64,000 bases of DNA. It comes from Malacoraja senta (taxonomy: Eukaryota). A model generated the notes under the pieces. That model worked only from the letters and a program-made list of their open reading frames with translations. It was not told the origin of the DNA and did no database searches. A program made the position numbers and the translations under genes. The stretch is taken from contig CM075994.1 of the NCBI GenBank assembly GCA_038087875.1, positions 1,924,001 through 1,988,000 of the forward strand, in the 5' to 3' direction. Below, one piece after another: positions 1-11,410 of this stretch. Positions within the stretch are counted from its first letter, which is position 1, and each line of letters begins with the position of its first letter.

Positions 1-3000
1 GTTGGGAGAATGGGATGCGTTGGAGGACCAGGCCCCCCATGTGTCAGAGACACAATGAGTCGGTCTAGTATATATATCATATCTCTATAATTATACAACT
101 CTGATCTTGGATGTGTGTGTGTGATAATATTGGCCAAGTAAAACATGCCACAAAATGGAGAATCTCTGTATTCGCAAAGCCTGCTTGTCCTCTTTCTGTG
201 AAAAGTTGCAGGGCTATGAGTCATGGCTCCAATGTGTCTGGACCCTGGGAGGAAGTTGAAGATAAGGTGAGGTCCCAGGTGTCCTCTTATTGTTAATATG
301 TATGAGGGTTTTGCAGAAGAGTTGAGCAGGATTGCAAATGCATGATTAGGATTGGTCATAGGATGGGGTGTTGTAAAGTATTATTAATTATGTTGCAGAG
401 TGTGTGTGCTGTTATCTTATGATTGGTTAAAGTATGGAGCCATGTTCAAATTTTTTTATACTACCTGGGGAAATGTTTTTTTACTTTAGTGAACTGTCTT
501 CAAAATAGAACTTTCTGTGGAAACAATGTAATGGGGTTCTTTGTGATTGGATTAGGAAACTGTCAATAAATGTATTATATGAACAATATTTGTGATTGGC
601 TTGTAGGGGTTGCCCCCCCTCATATAGTTTCATGCCATGGGTCAGATACCCTATAAAAAGAGGGACACCACATGGGTCGGAGTCGATCTTCTGGGAGTAC
701 ACTCGGGACTGTGTGACTTGTCGGAGGTGTCTACTCGCATGAGCTGAGGGGCTTGGACGAGTAGAGACAAGGATCGAGAAATTTTTACATATTCTGGTAG
801 AGATATATACCGTGGACTCCGAAATCGTCTTATCCGAAAAATTAATGCATTATTTCTCGAGTTATTTATCAGTGTTCACAAATCTGAAGAAACTTTGAAA
901 AAAAACAGCTGATGACCTCACAATGGACCTGCCTGCCGTTCTTGCTCGCGCTGCAAGTGACGTCACCCCCCCCACGCCTCCCCCCCCATTATTCAAAAGT
1001 CGTGCCGTCGACTGAAGACCAAAGATCATAGCTGAAGACTGCGCTGTGAGTGACTAGAGCTCTCAGTCCGTCTCTGGTCGTGTCCGTCTCAGGTCGGAAC
1101 CGTATCGGGTCGGGTCCCTCTCCCCTCTCCTCCTCCTCCCCCCTCCTCCTCTCCCCCTCCTCCTCTGTCCCCTCCTCTCCTCGCCCACTCCCCCTCCGCC
1201 CCTCCCCTGGCCTCTCTCTCCCCCTCTCTCCCCACCCTCTCTCCCGCCTCCTCTCCCCCCTCCTTCTCCTCTCTCCCCCTCCCCCGGCCTTTCTCCTCTC
1301 TCTCCCCCTCCTCTCGCCCCTCCCCCCCTCCTCACCCCTCCCCATCTCTCCCTCCCACCCCTCCCCTCCCTCTCTCCTCCCCTCTCCCACCACCCTCACC
1401 CCTCTCCCCACTCTCTTTCCCCCCTCTCCCCTCCCCACCCCCTCTCTCTCTGTCTCTGCCCCTCTCTCTGTCTCTGCCCCTCTCTCCCTGTCTCTGCCCT
1501 CTCTCTCTACACCCCCCTTCCTCTCTAGACGCGCCTGTGAGTTGGGGGCTATGCGTCAGTGGAGAGAGCAGGGATGGGGTAAGAGGAGCCAATGAATAAT
1601 ATTAATATAATATCAAGGGGGATGGTTACTGTGTGCGTGTGGGGAGGGTGGTTAGTGTGTGTGTGTGTGGGGGGGGGGGGTGGTCAGTGTGTGTGTGATG
1701 CCGCATGCTGCGCCCCCCCCCGCAACCGCGCATTGAGGGGATGAGACCCAACGGGTCCCATTTGGTCTAGTAACTATTAAAAGTCTGATCTTGGATGTTT
1801 GTGTGTGTGTGTTTATTCGTTTGTGTATAATCATATCTTCATGAAAAAAACGACATGCTAATGTAAAATCTTTACATATTCCAGAAGAGATTTTTCCCCT
1901 TGAGTCCGAAATTGCCTTATCTGAAAATTTCATGCTTTATTTCTTGGGTTATTAATGAAAATGTTAAAAAATCTGACAAAACTTTGAATTTAAAATATTT
2001 TTTCCTGTTAAAATCATTCCTCACAGCTTCGAACACACTTCGATACAAAGTTGCAAGACTGGAACACTGGCAGGAGCACTCTGAACTTTTCAGCTCAATG
2101 GCATCTCAGCAAGTGCACATTTGCAACAATGTTGCTATCATAGCTCCTGGCAGGACAGGAGGGGGAGGGTCAATTGGTATTGCAATTGGGGAGGCGGTAT
2201 TGGGATTTTTTTTTCAACTTCAGTGCTGGGGGAGGCTCACTAGCTGCTGAGAAGTGCTCGAATCTTACCTTCGGCAATGGGTTGAGTTGGAGGAGCACGT
2301 CTCCCGTGGGGGCTACGGGTAGGGGACGGGTGCGTTGGGGAGCAGACCCAAAGGGTCTGCACTTGTTCTAGTATATTACTAAAACTCTCATCTTGTGTGT
2401 TTGGATGTCCGTGTGAGTGAGTGAGATCCTGAAATTACGCCAAAACGGTACACGATAGCACTATAATTTTTGGACCACCTTACTCACCATTGTCCTGTGG
2501 TGTGTTGTATCAAAGTTTCATTCAGATTGATGGTATCTTTTACAAGTTATTCACATTTAAATCTTTAAAAAATTAACTTTTCACTTAACTTCTCATTGCA
2601 AAAAATCCAAATCCAATTGCTGGCTCAGCCCGCTACAATGTTGCAAATCCCAGGACACTGAGTCCTGGCAGCAGGTGCAATTGGAAAAAAAATTCTGACA
2701 GCAAGTCCAATTGGATTTGTTTTTAAGTTTAAAAAGGAGGGTGAATAAGGGGAAATGAGCCGCCCCTGCGCAGTTGGGGACTATGGGTGAGTGGTAGAAT
2801 ATTGCGTTGGGGGAACGGGTTGCGTTGGGGGAATGGGTGAGTGGTGGAATATTGCGTTGGGGAACGGGTTGCGTTGGGGGACCAGGCCTCCCGTGGGGGC
2901 TATAGGTGAATGGTCAAATATTGCGTAGGGGGAATGGGTTGTGTTGGGGGACCAGGCCTCTCGTGTGACAGGGACCGAACGGGTCCCATTTGGTCTAGTA

Positions 3001-3520
3001 TATATTATTATTATTATTATCATATCTTCTCTATAATTATAAAACTCTGATCTTGGATGTGTATGTGTGGATGTGTGTGTGTGTATAATCACATCTTCTC
3101 AAAAAAATGACGCACTAACGATAAAATGTTTACATATTCCGGTAGATTTATCCCGTGGACTCCAAAATCGTCTTATCTGAAAAATTCATGCATTATTTCT
3201 TGTTATTCATCACAATGTTCACAAATCTGAAATAACTTTGAATCTAAATGAGATGGTCTCGCTGATGACGTCACAATGGGTTTGGTCCGCGCGGCCTGTG
3301 CTGTTTCACGCGCTGCGACTTGGTCCCCCCCGACTCGGTCCTTTGGTCGCCGCCCGCCCACCAGCCACTCGCCATCCGCCCAGCCCGCCGTCTGCCTCGC
3401 CCGCTCAGCGTCCGCCCCGCTCGCCGAGTTCAAGTCCGCCCTCTCCCTCTCTGCCCCTTCCCCCCTCTCCCACCCCTCTCTCTCCCCCCCTCTCACTCCC
3501 CCCTCACTCCTCCCCCCCAA
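1..3520 (+). mobile_element. Tandem array of non-autonomous Helitron-like units (3' ends at 68, 1770, 2371, 2998; a last unit is truncated)
   Basis: Units start with a TA..A(A/C)AA(C/G)TCT(C/G)ATCTTG-type motif and end in CTAG|T. The units ending at 1770, 2371 and 2998 have a GACCC-nnn-GGGTC-type hairpin 7 nt before CTAG. No TIRs or TSDs. Confidence 0.75.
121..775 (+). mobile_element. LTR-like insertion within a Helitron unit
   Basis: Interrupts sequence that is contiguous in the sister copy at ~3050-3150. Several ATTGG boxes and CTATAAAAAG at 651-660. Termini are not clear. Confidence 0.35.
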
Positions 3521-4657
3521 ATAATAACCTCCTCACACATTTCCCCTGCAAGTATTTCTGTCACTCCTTTAAAATATGCCCCTTCTTTGAACAAGCTCTT
3601 AAACATCGCATCTGAATCAGTTTCCATCTGATTACACCCCTTGAGGATGTTCATCTATGTGTTGAATTAATAAAACAACGAGATTGGGGACATTTCTATT
3701 CAACCTGTCAAAGGAATTGGGGGAGGGGATTAGAAAGTCAATGAGGTAATCAAACGTAATAGTTGAGTGGCAAATGACAATAGTGCTACCTTCCCAATAT
3801 TTAACTGAAGGAAATAATGGGTTATCGGGGCTGTATGTTGTGACAGACAGCCTGACACCTTGCATGTCATTTTAATATTACACTTATCCCATCCCCCTGG
3901 ATATTCCGGATAAATAAATTAAGGTTTTGCCAACTATTACAAATCAGGCTAATTACAAATCAATAACATTAGCCAACTTTGAAACACGAAGCGCTGAGCA
4001 TTGGGATCCGGACATCATGGACAAATGGCCTCAGTTCCCCGCTCACATCTGGCAGTGCTCTCCGTCTGAACATCTCTCCCCTGCCGCTCGCCGGCCTCGC
4101 TCCATATCAGCCGCTTCCCGCAAATCCTTAAATTCAGACTGCTGCCGGGAGCAGGACATAGCCTCACTTGCTGCGCTGGGAGACACTGTATGGCATTCAC
4201 TGCCCGTGTCTTTCAATGTAAATTTGCATGGGGACATGCTTTGGAGGTGTGTGACGGTTGTCGGTCAAGTGAGAATAAGAGAGAATAAGAATGCTGCTGT
4301 CTTGTCAAGACGCGCACACAAGCAGTTGGTATTAGTATTGAACTTCTTGTTGATCACAGAATTTCTCACAACAGAGCGTGAGAGTGCGAGAATTGGGCGA
4401 AATGCGTGAATCTCACGCTCAATGTAGCGATGTTACAAAACCTACCTTCAGCGGCGCTGCAGATCTGCCAGTGGCTGTGTGTGTGACTCCGGCGCCTTTG
4501 AGGGGGGGGGGGGGTTTGTATCGCTTGTTGGAGAGGGATTTCCTCGGGCTGCTAGTCGATGAAGAAAAATCGATCGGACGTCCGTTCCAGTTTATTTTTT
4601 AAATCGCTGGACAATTTAATCGTTGGATTAAAGTAAAAAGCCCTCAATGCCTTCAAC

Positions 4658-4857
4658 NNNNNNNNNNNNNNNNNNNNNNNNNNNNNNNNNNNNNNNNNNN
4701 NNNNNNNNNNNNNNNNNNNNNNNNNNNNNNNNNNNNNNNNNNNNNNNNNNNNNNNNNNNNNNNNNNNNNNNNNNNNNNNNNNNNNNNNNNNNNNNNNNNN
4801 NNNNNNNNNNNNNNNNNNNNNNNNNNNNNNNNNNNNNNNNNNNNNNNNNNNNNNNNN
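4658..4857. other. Assembly gap (200 N)
   Basis: N run. Confidence 1.
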
Positions 4858-7338
4858 AGACGGGGTTTATCCCTAAGAGATACTCATCTAACAATATGAG
4901 ACGTCTACTCAACATAATGCATTCACACAAATCTGAAGATCAAGAATTATCAATTATTTCGCTGGATGCTGAAAAAGCATTTGATCAAGTAGAATGGAAT
5001 TATATGGACAAAGTATTACAAAAATTTCAACTGGGGGAGAATTTTATTCTATGGATCAAGTTACTATATAACAAACCTACAGCTAGAATACTAACTAATA
5101 ACATATTATCCTCGAAATTCCAACTATCAAGGGGAAATAGACAAGGATGCTCATTATCACCACAACTGTTTGCTCTCATTATTGAACCGCTAGCAGAAAA
5201 AATTAGAATACATCCTGATATCCATGGATATACTAAAGATTCATATAATAAAATATCTTTATACGCGGACGATATATTACTGTACATTACAAAACCTCAA
5301 ATCACTATACCAAATATATTAAATTTAATTGAAGATTTTGGATCTTTTTCTGGATATAGAATAAATTGGAATAAAAGTGAAATTATGTCAATAAAACCGA
5401 AAGATTCATCACATCTTTTAAAATTCCCTTTTAAAATAGCTACAGAAAAATTTAAATATTTGGGAATCGAAATTACCAGATCATATCAAGGTATGTTTAG
5501 GGCAAATTTTGACCCCTTACTTAATAAATTAAATACACTAATTAAATTTTGGAAAACGCTCCCGATGTCTTTAATAGGCCGAATAAACGCAATAAAAATT
5601 ATCTTTTTACCACAAATGTTATACCTATTTCAATCAATTCCTATATACTTACCAAAGAAGTTTTTTAAAAAACTCGACTCAGATATCACTAATTTTATAT
5701 GGGACTATAAATCACATAGAATACAAAAAACTCATCTGAATAAACCTAAAGTATTAGGGGGTTTATCACTACCTAATTTTATGTATTATTATTGGTCAGT
5801 AAATATTAAAAATATGATTCAACTGATGGATAACTCCGCCCAACAAGCGGACTGGATTGTAATGGAGAAAGAGGATTGCTCCTCTAGAAACATTGGAGCG
5901 ATCCTCCTCTCTCCAATGAAATTGAATAACATAAATTATAATAAGAACCCAATTATCCATAGTACAAAACAATCTGAATTTGGAAACAAATAAAACAAAA
6001 TTTAAAATTAAGAAATTTATCACTTTTATTACCTATAGTCAATAACCCTTTGTTTAATCCTTCTATTATAGATAAAGCTTATACACAATGGGATAGATTA
6101 GGAATTAAAACGCTTGGTGACTTGTATGAAACTGGAAAATTACTTTCATTTCAACAATTACAAATAAAATATAAACTCGGAAATAATCAATATTTTAAAT
6201 ATTTTCAAATATGCGACTATTTGAAAAAATATACAAAAGATCATCATAATAACCCAGCAGATGTACTGGACGAGGCAATGCAGATAAAAGCGGAATCAGC
6301 AAACTTAATATCATATTTGTATAATATTATCTTAAATGCACAAATACCACCTACGGAGGGTATCAGAAGAGACTGGGAACAAGAGTTAGCTATTAAAATT
6401 TCAAAGGAAAGTTGGAATGAATACTTATTAAATGTGCATAAATGCTCGATTAATGTAAGACACACTTTAATACAATTTAAAATTTTACATAGATTATATT
6501 AAACTAATAATTCTATGTAGTAAATTTTCCCAAATGTATCATCTATTTGTGATAAATGTCAATCCCAAGAAGCTACTATAACGCACTCATTCGTTTCTTG
6601 TACAAAAATTCAAAAATTTTGGAATGAAATTTTTGAAATCTTTACAAAGTTATTTAAAACAAGACTGATACCCAAAGCAGAATGGATTATCTTCGGTATA
6701 ACGGAAGATGGTCCAGAATTAAATGTGTTTCAAAAGAAACTAATGGACTATGGGTTAATAACTGGAAAAAAGCTAATTCTAAAATTTTGGAAGAAGGCTC
6801 CAATACCAACTATAAATATGTGGATTTCAAATATGTTTGAAACATTACACCTAGAAGAGATAAGAATCCTCCTAGCAGGTAAACCAGATCATTTCCACCT
6901 GACGTGGTCTGTATTTATAGAATTATTACAAACATAAGGTGCAAAAGTACTTTAAAAAAAAAAAAAAAAAATTGAGGTCAGGTAAGGGGGGATGATAGTT
7001 GAAGAGTTGGTATGTCCATTTTGCGTAATGCTCATAAAAATATTTGTTTCTCTCTTTTTCCTCTTTCTTTTTTTTCTAGGGTCTATTTCTTAACTCTTTT
7101 TCTTTTGTTTTTAATTTTGCTCTTATAGGGTCTTTGTCCTTTTTTGTTGTCACATTTCCTACACTTCCACTTTTTCCTTCACTTTCTTCTTTCTTTCAAT
7201 CTTTTCCTTTTCTAGTGTAAAAAATAAATGGAGTACATTAATTGTAAGAAGATATAAATGACAAGTACTAATGTATGTGGTTGTAATGTAATGTACTTCT
7301 AATAAAATACAAATTAAAAAAAAAAAATTAAAAAAAAA
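4858..7338 (+). mobile_element. L1-clade LINE: ORF2 (RT and C-terminal Cys region), 3'UTR and poly(A); 5' part lost in the gap
   Basis: LDAEKAFD, RGNRQGCSLSP, YADD, CDKC...HSFVSC; AATAAA then A-tail; frameshift near 5965 and disruption near 6500. Confidence 0.93.
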
Positions 7339-8254
7339 TAATGTTTGGCACCGACATGGAACAGGCTGCCAGAGGAGGTAGTTGAGGCAGGTACTATAAC
7401 AACATTTAAAAGACACATGGGCCGGTACATAGATAGGAAAAGCTTAGAGAGATATGGGCCAAACACGGGTATGTTAGTCGAGGCATCCTGGTTACCATGG
7501 ATGAGTTGGCCTGATTCTGTTTTGTATAACTCTATGATTGATGTTTTCGTTTTGGACCGGAAAAGTCACCGATGCATGTTCTCCAGAAACGCTAAGTTAC
7601 TCCAGTATTTTGTGTCTTTTTTTTAACCACTGGCTTAGTCTTTGCACACTGCCCTGTGGCTGAAAGGGTTAACTCAAAGCTGTGGATCTTTTATAAAAGG
7701 TTCCAAGGTGCGAGAACAAGATATACCAGTTGTGGGAGTGTGCAAGAGCAGAAGACAGCAAGATCTGTTTGTCCGTGGCTGCCGGTGTTACTGAGCTTTG
7801 TGCCCAGCTCACTCGGGACATCAGGGTCTAGATATCAACAGTCTTACAGGTTAGAGTCATAGAGTCATGCAGCACAGAGACAGGCCCTTCAGCCCAACTC
7901 ACCCATGCCAACCAACATGCCCATCTATACTAGTTTCACCTGCCCGTGTTTGGCCCATATCCCTCTAAACCTTTCCTGTCCATGTTCCTTAATGTCTTTT
8001 ACTGTAGTATTTGTGATAGTACCTGCCTCAACGACTTCCTCTGGCAGCTCGTTCCATACACCCACCACCCTCTGTGTGACAAAGTTAAATTAAATCTTGC
8101 CCCTGTCACCTTAAACCTATGTCCCCTGGTTCTCGATTCCCCTACCCTGGTTGAAGTCTCACCTTTTTTATTCCCCTCATGGTCGGCACGGACTCGGTGG
8201 ACTGAAGGGCCTGTTTCCATGCTGTATCCCTAAATTAAACTAAACTAAACTTTG

Positions 8255-8560
8255 AGCGGCACAGTGGCACAGTGGTAGAGTTGCTGCCTTACAGAACCAG
8301 AGACCCGGGTTCGATTTGACTACGGGTGTTGTCTGTACGGAGTTTGCACGTTCTCCCTGTGACCCACGTGGGTTTTCCCCAGGTGCTCCGGTTTCCTCCC
8401 ACACTCCAAAGACGTACAGGTTTGTAAGCTAATTGACATTGGTATAATTGCAAATTATTCTTAGTGTGTGTAGGATAGCGTTAGTGTGCAGGAATCGCTG
8501 GTCGGTGTGGACTTGGTGGACCAGAGGGCCTCTTTCCGCGCTGTATCTCTAAACTAAACT
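8255..8560 (+). mobile_element. tRNA-derived SINE (HE1/V-SINE-like). Other copies at about 12050-12325(-), 25300-26270(-), 36805-37100(+), 44540-44850(+), 46010-46260(-), 50390-50795(-), 51368-51650(-), 54750-55045(-), 63744-64000(+)
   Basis: A-box-like TGGCACAGTGG, B-box GGTTCGAT, shared body GGTGCTCCGGTTTCCTCCCAC, (TAAAC)n tail. Confidence 0.85.
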
Positions 8561-8952
8561 TCTGCAGCCGCTCATTGATAGCTCACCATATGATTCTTCA
8601 TGCACGGTCAGGAAACGATGCCAGGAGATGACAAAGTTCTGGTGCAAACACCACAGCGGGAGGAAAATAAGGGATCTATGAGAATTTGCTCACTGCACAC
8701 ATTTGGCTGCTGAGCATCTCATTGTCAGAAGGTGGTGGACGGACTCAGCGGGAGAGGGGAGAAAATTGTTTAACCCCCCCCCCCCCCACAGGTGAACAAC
8801 GTGAACATTCACATAGAGGGAGATTTAGCTTAAGGTCTGTTGTTGTCACGTACCAAGGTACTGTGAAAAGCTTTGTTTTGCATGCTATCCAGTCAAGATC
8901 AGATAATACTATATATATATATATATATACAATCAAGCCAAACTCGTACCAC

Positions 8953-9010
<58 letters not shown>
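8953..9010. repeat. (ATTG)n microsatellite
   Basis: Direct reading. Confidence 0.95.
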
Positions 9011-9134
9011 GCTTTATTGTCACGTGTGCCTGGTACAGTGAAATTCTTTGTTTTGCATTCAATACGCAACTATGCTAAGAGTCGTCATGTATAAGGCACT
9101 GACAAAAGTATTCAATATTGTCCCGATGGTCCCT

Positions 9135-9330
9135 CTTCCTTGAGGTGCTGTTCTTCCAATTTGAGTGTGGCCTCACTCTGATAGTGGTGGAGGCCCAGGA
9201 CAGAAAGGTCAGTGTGGGAATGGGAGAGGGAATTAAAATGTTTGGCAACCAGGAGATCACGTCGGCCAAGGCTGACTGAGCGTAATGTTCTGCGAAACGA
9301 TCGCCCAGTCTGTGCTTGGTCTCGCCAACA
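9135..9330 (-). mobile_element. Penelope-like element GIY-YIG endonuclease remnant
   Basis: GETKHRLGDRFAEH / DLLVAKHFNSLSHSHTDLSVLGL...KLEEQHL across a frameshift. Confidence 0.75.
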
Positions 9331-9449
9331 AATGACTTGGATGTAAACGTGGATGTGTTGGTGAGTAAGTTTCCACACAACACCAAAATTGGTGGGATTG
9401 CATAACAATTGAGGAAGGTTGTCAAAGTATACAACAGGATATAGCTTAT

Positions 9450-9780
9450 GGGCCTGTCCCACTTAGGCGATTTTTCAGCGGACTGCCGGCGACTGTCAAG
9501 TTGCCAGCAGTCGCCTGAAAAAACGGCAACTGGAACGGTGATTGTCAGAGTGGAACACACAAACACATTGCTTCCTTCACCAGCCCGTGTGAATTTTTTA
9601 GACAGCGGTCCCCCCGCTTGCCCTGTCTAAAAAATTCACACTGTGCAAAGCCAAGGTGATACAGACACATGCCGCGATGAACAGGGAGGTTGGCGCTGTA
9701 ATTAAGACGGCTAAAGCACAGTGTACAGTAAGTCCTTTAAAAGAGGGGGGGGGGAGAGGGGGGGGGGGGTGGGAGAAGAA
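9450..9780 (+). mobile_element. Left half of a PIF/Harbinger-like MITE, abutting an L1
   Basis: Begins GGGCCTGTCCCACTTAGGCGA, similar to the TIR at 19101. Shares internal CACAGTGTAC.GTAAGTCCTTTA and a G-run with that element. Confidence 0.55.
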
Positions 9781-11410
9781 ATCACATAGAATACAAAAAA
9801 CTCATCTGAATAAACCTAAAGTATTAGGGGGTTTAGCACTACCTAATTTTATGTATTATTATTGGTCAGTAAATATTAAAAATATGATTCAACTGATGGA
9901 TAACTCCGCCCAACAAGCGGACTGGATTGTAATGGAGAAAGAGGATTGCTCCTCTAGAAACATTGGAGCGATCCTCCTCTCTCCAATGAAATTGAATAAC
10001 ATAAATTATAATAAGAACCCAATTATCCATAGTACAATCCGAATTTGGAAACAAATAAAACAAAATTTAAAATTAAGAAATTTATCACTTTTATTACCTA
10101 TAGTCAATAACCCTTTGTTTAATCCTTCTATTATAGATAAAGCTTATACACAATGGGATAGATTAGGAATTAAAATGCTTGGTGACTTGTATGAAACTGG
10201 AAAATTACTTTCATTTCAACAATTACAAATAAAATATAAACTCGGAAATAATCAATATTTTAAATATTTTCAAATATGCGACTATTTGAAAAAATATACA
10301 AAAGATCATCATAATAACCCAGCAGATGTACTGGACGAGGCAATGCAGATAAAAGCGGAATCAGCAAACTTAATATCATATTTGTATAATACTATCTTAA
10401 ATGCACAAATACCATCTACGGAGGGTATCAGAAGAGACTGGGAACAAGAGTTAGCTATTAAAATTTCAAAGGAAAGTTGGAATGAATACTTATTAAATGT
10501 GCATAAATGCTCGATTAATGTAAGACACACTTTAATACAATTTAAAATTTTACATAGATTATATTATTCGAAAACTAAAATTCATAAAATTTTCCCAAAT
10601 GTATCATCTATTTGTGATAAATGTCAATCCCAAGAAGCTACTATAACGCACTCATTCGTTTCTTGTACAAAAATTCAAAAATTTTGGAATGAAATTTTTG
10701 AAATCTTTACAAAGTTATTTAAAACAAGACTGATACCCAAAGCAGAATGGATTATCTTCGGTATAACGGAAGATGGTCCAGAATTAAATGTGTTTCAAAA
10801 GAAACTAATGGACTATGGGTTAATAACTGGAAAAAAGCGAATTCTAAAATTTTGGAAGAAGGCTCCAATACCAACTATAAATATGTGGATTTCAAATATG
10901 TTTGAAACATTACACCTAGAAGAGATAAGACTCCTCCTAGCAGGTAAACCAGATCATTTCCACCTGACGTGGTCTGTATTTATAGAATTATTACAAACAT
11001 AAGGTGCAAAAGTACTTTAAAAAAAATAAAAAAAAAATTGAGGTCTGGTAAGGGGGGATGATAGTTGAAGAGTTGGTATGTCCATTTTGCGTAATGCTCA
11101 TAAAAATATTTGTTTCTCTCTTTTTCCTCTTTCTCTCTTTTTTTCCTAGGGTCTATTTCTTAACTCTTTTTCTTTTGTTTTTAATTTTGCTCTTATAGGG
11201 TCTTTGTCCTTTTTTGTTGTCACATTTCCTACACTTCCACTTTTTCCTTCACTTTCTTCTTTCTTTCAATCTTTTCCTTTTCTAGTGTAAAAAATAAATG
11301 GAGTACATTAATTGTAAGAAGATATAAATGACAAGTACTAATGTATGTGGTTGTAATGTAATGTACTTCTAATAAAATACAAATTTAAAAAAAAATAAAA
11401 AAAAATAAAA
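9781..11410 (+). mobile_element. 5'-truncated L1-clade LINE, near-identical to 5711-7338
   Basis: Uninterrupted ORF2 C-terminus to 11002, same 3'UTR and poly(A). Confidence 0.93.

Noticed and set aside
989..1595. Long Pro/Ser or Gly/Glu/Arg ORFs
   Set aside because: By-product of a low-complexity C/T tract inside a Helitron unit.
7727..7827. UBE3D exon (LGTKL resemblance)
   Set aside because: Five-residue match only; the FYCxxC and WCCH motifs I expect in UBE3D were not seen.
8255..8330. tRNA genes at SINE heads
   Set aside because: A and B boxes continue into the SINE body and tail; no complete cloverleaf.
9656..9780. Novel N-terminus on the 448-aa L1 ORF
   Set aside because: Chance in-frame read-through from MITE sequence starting at GTG.
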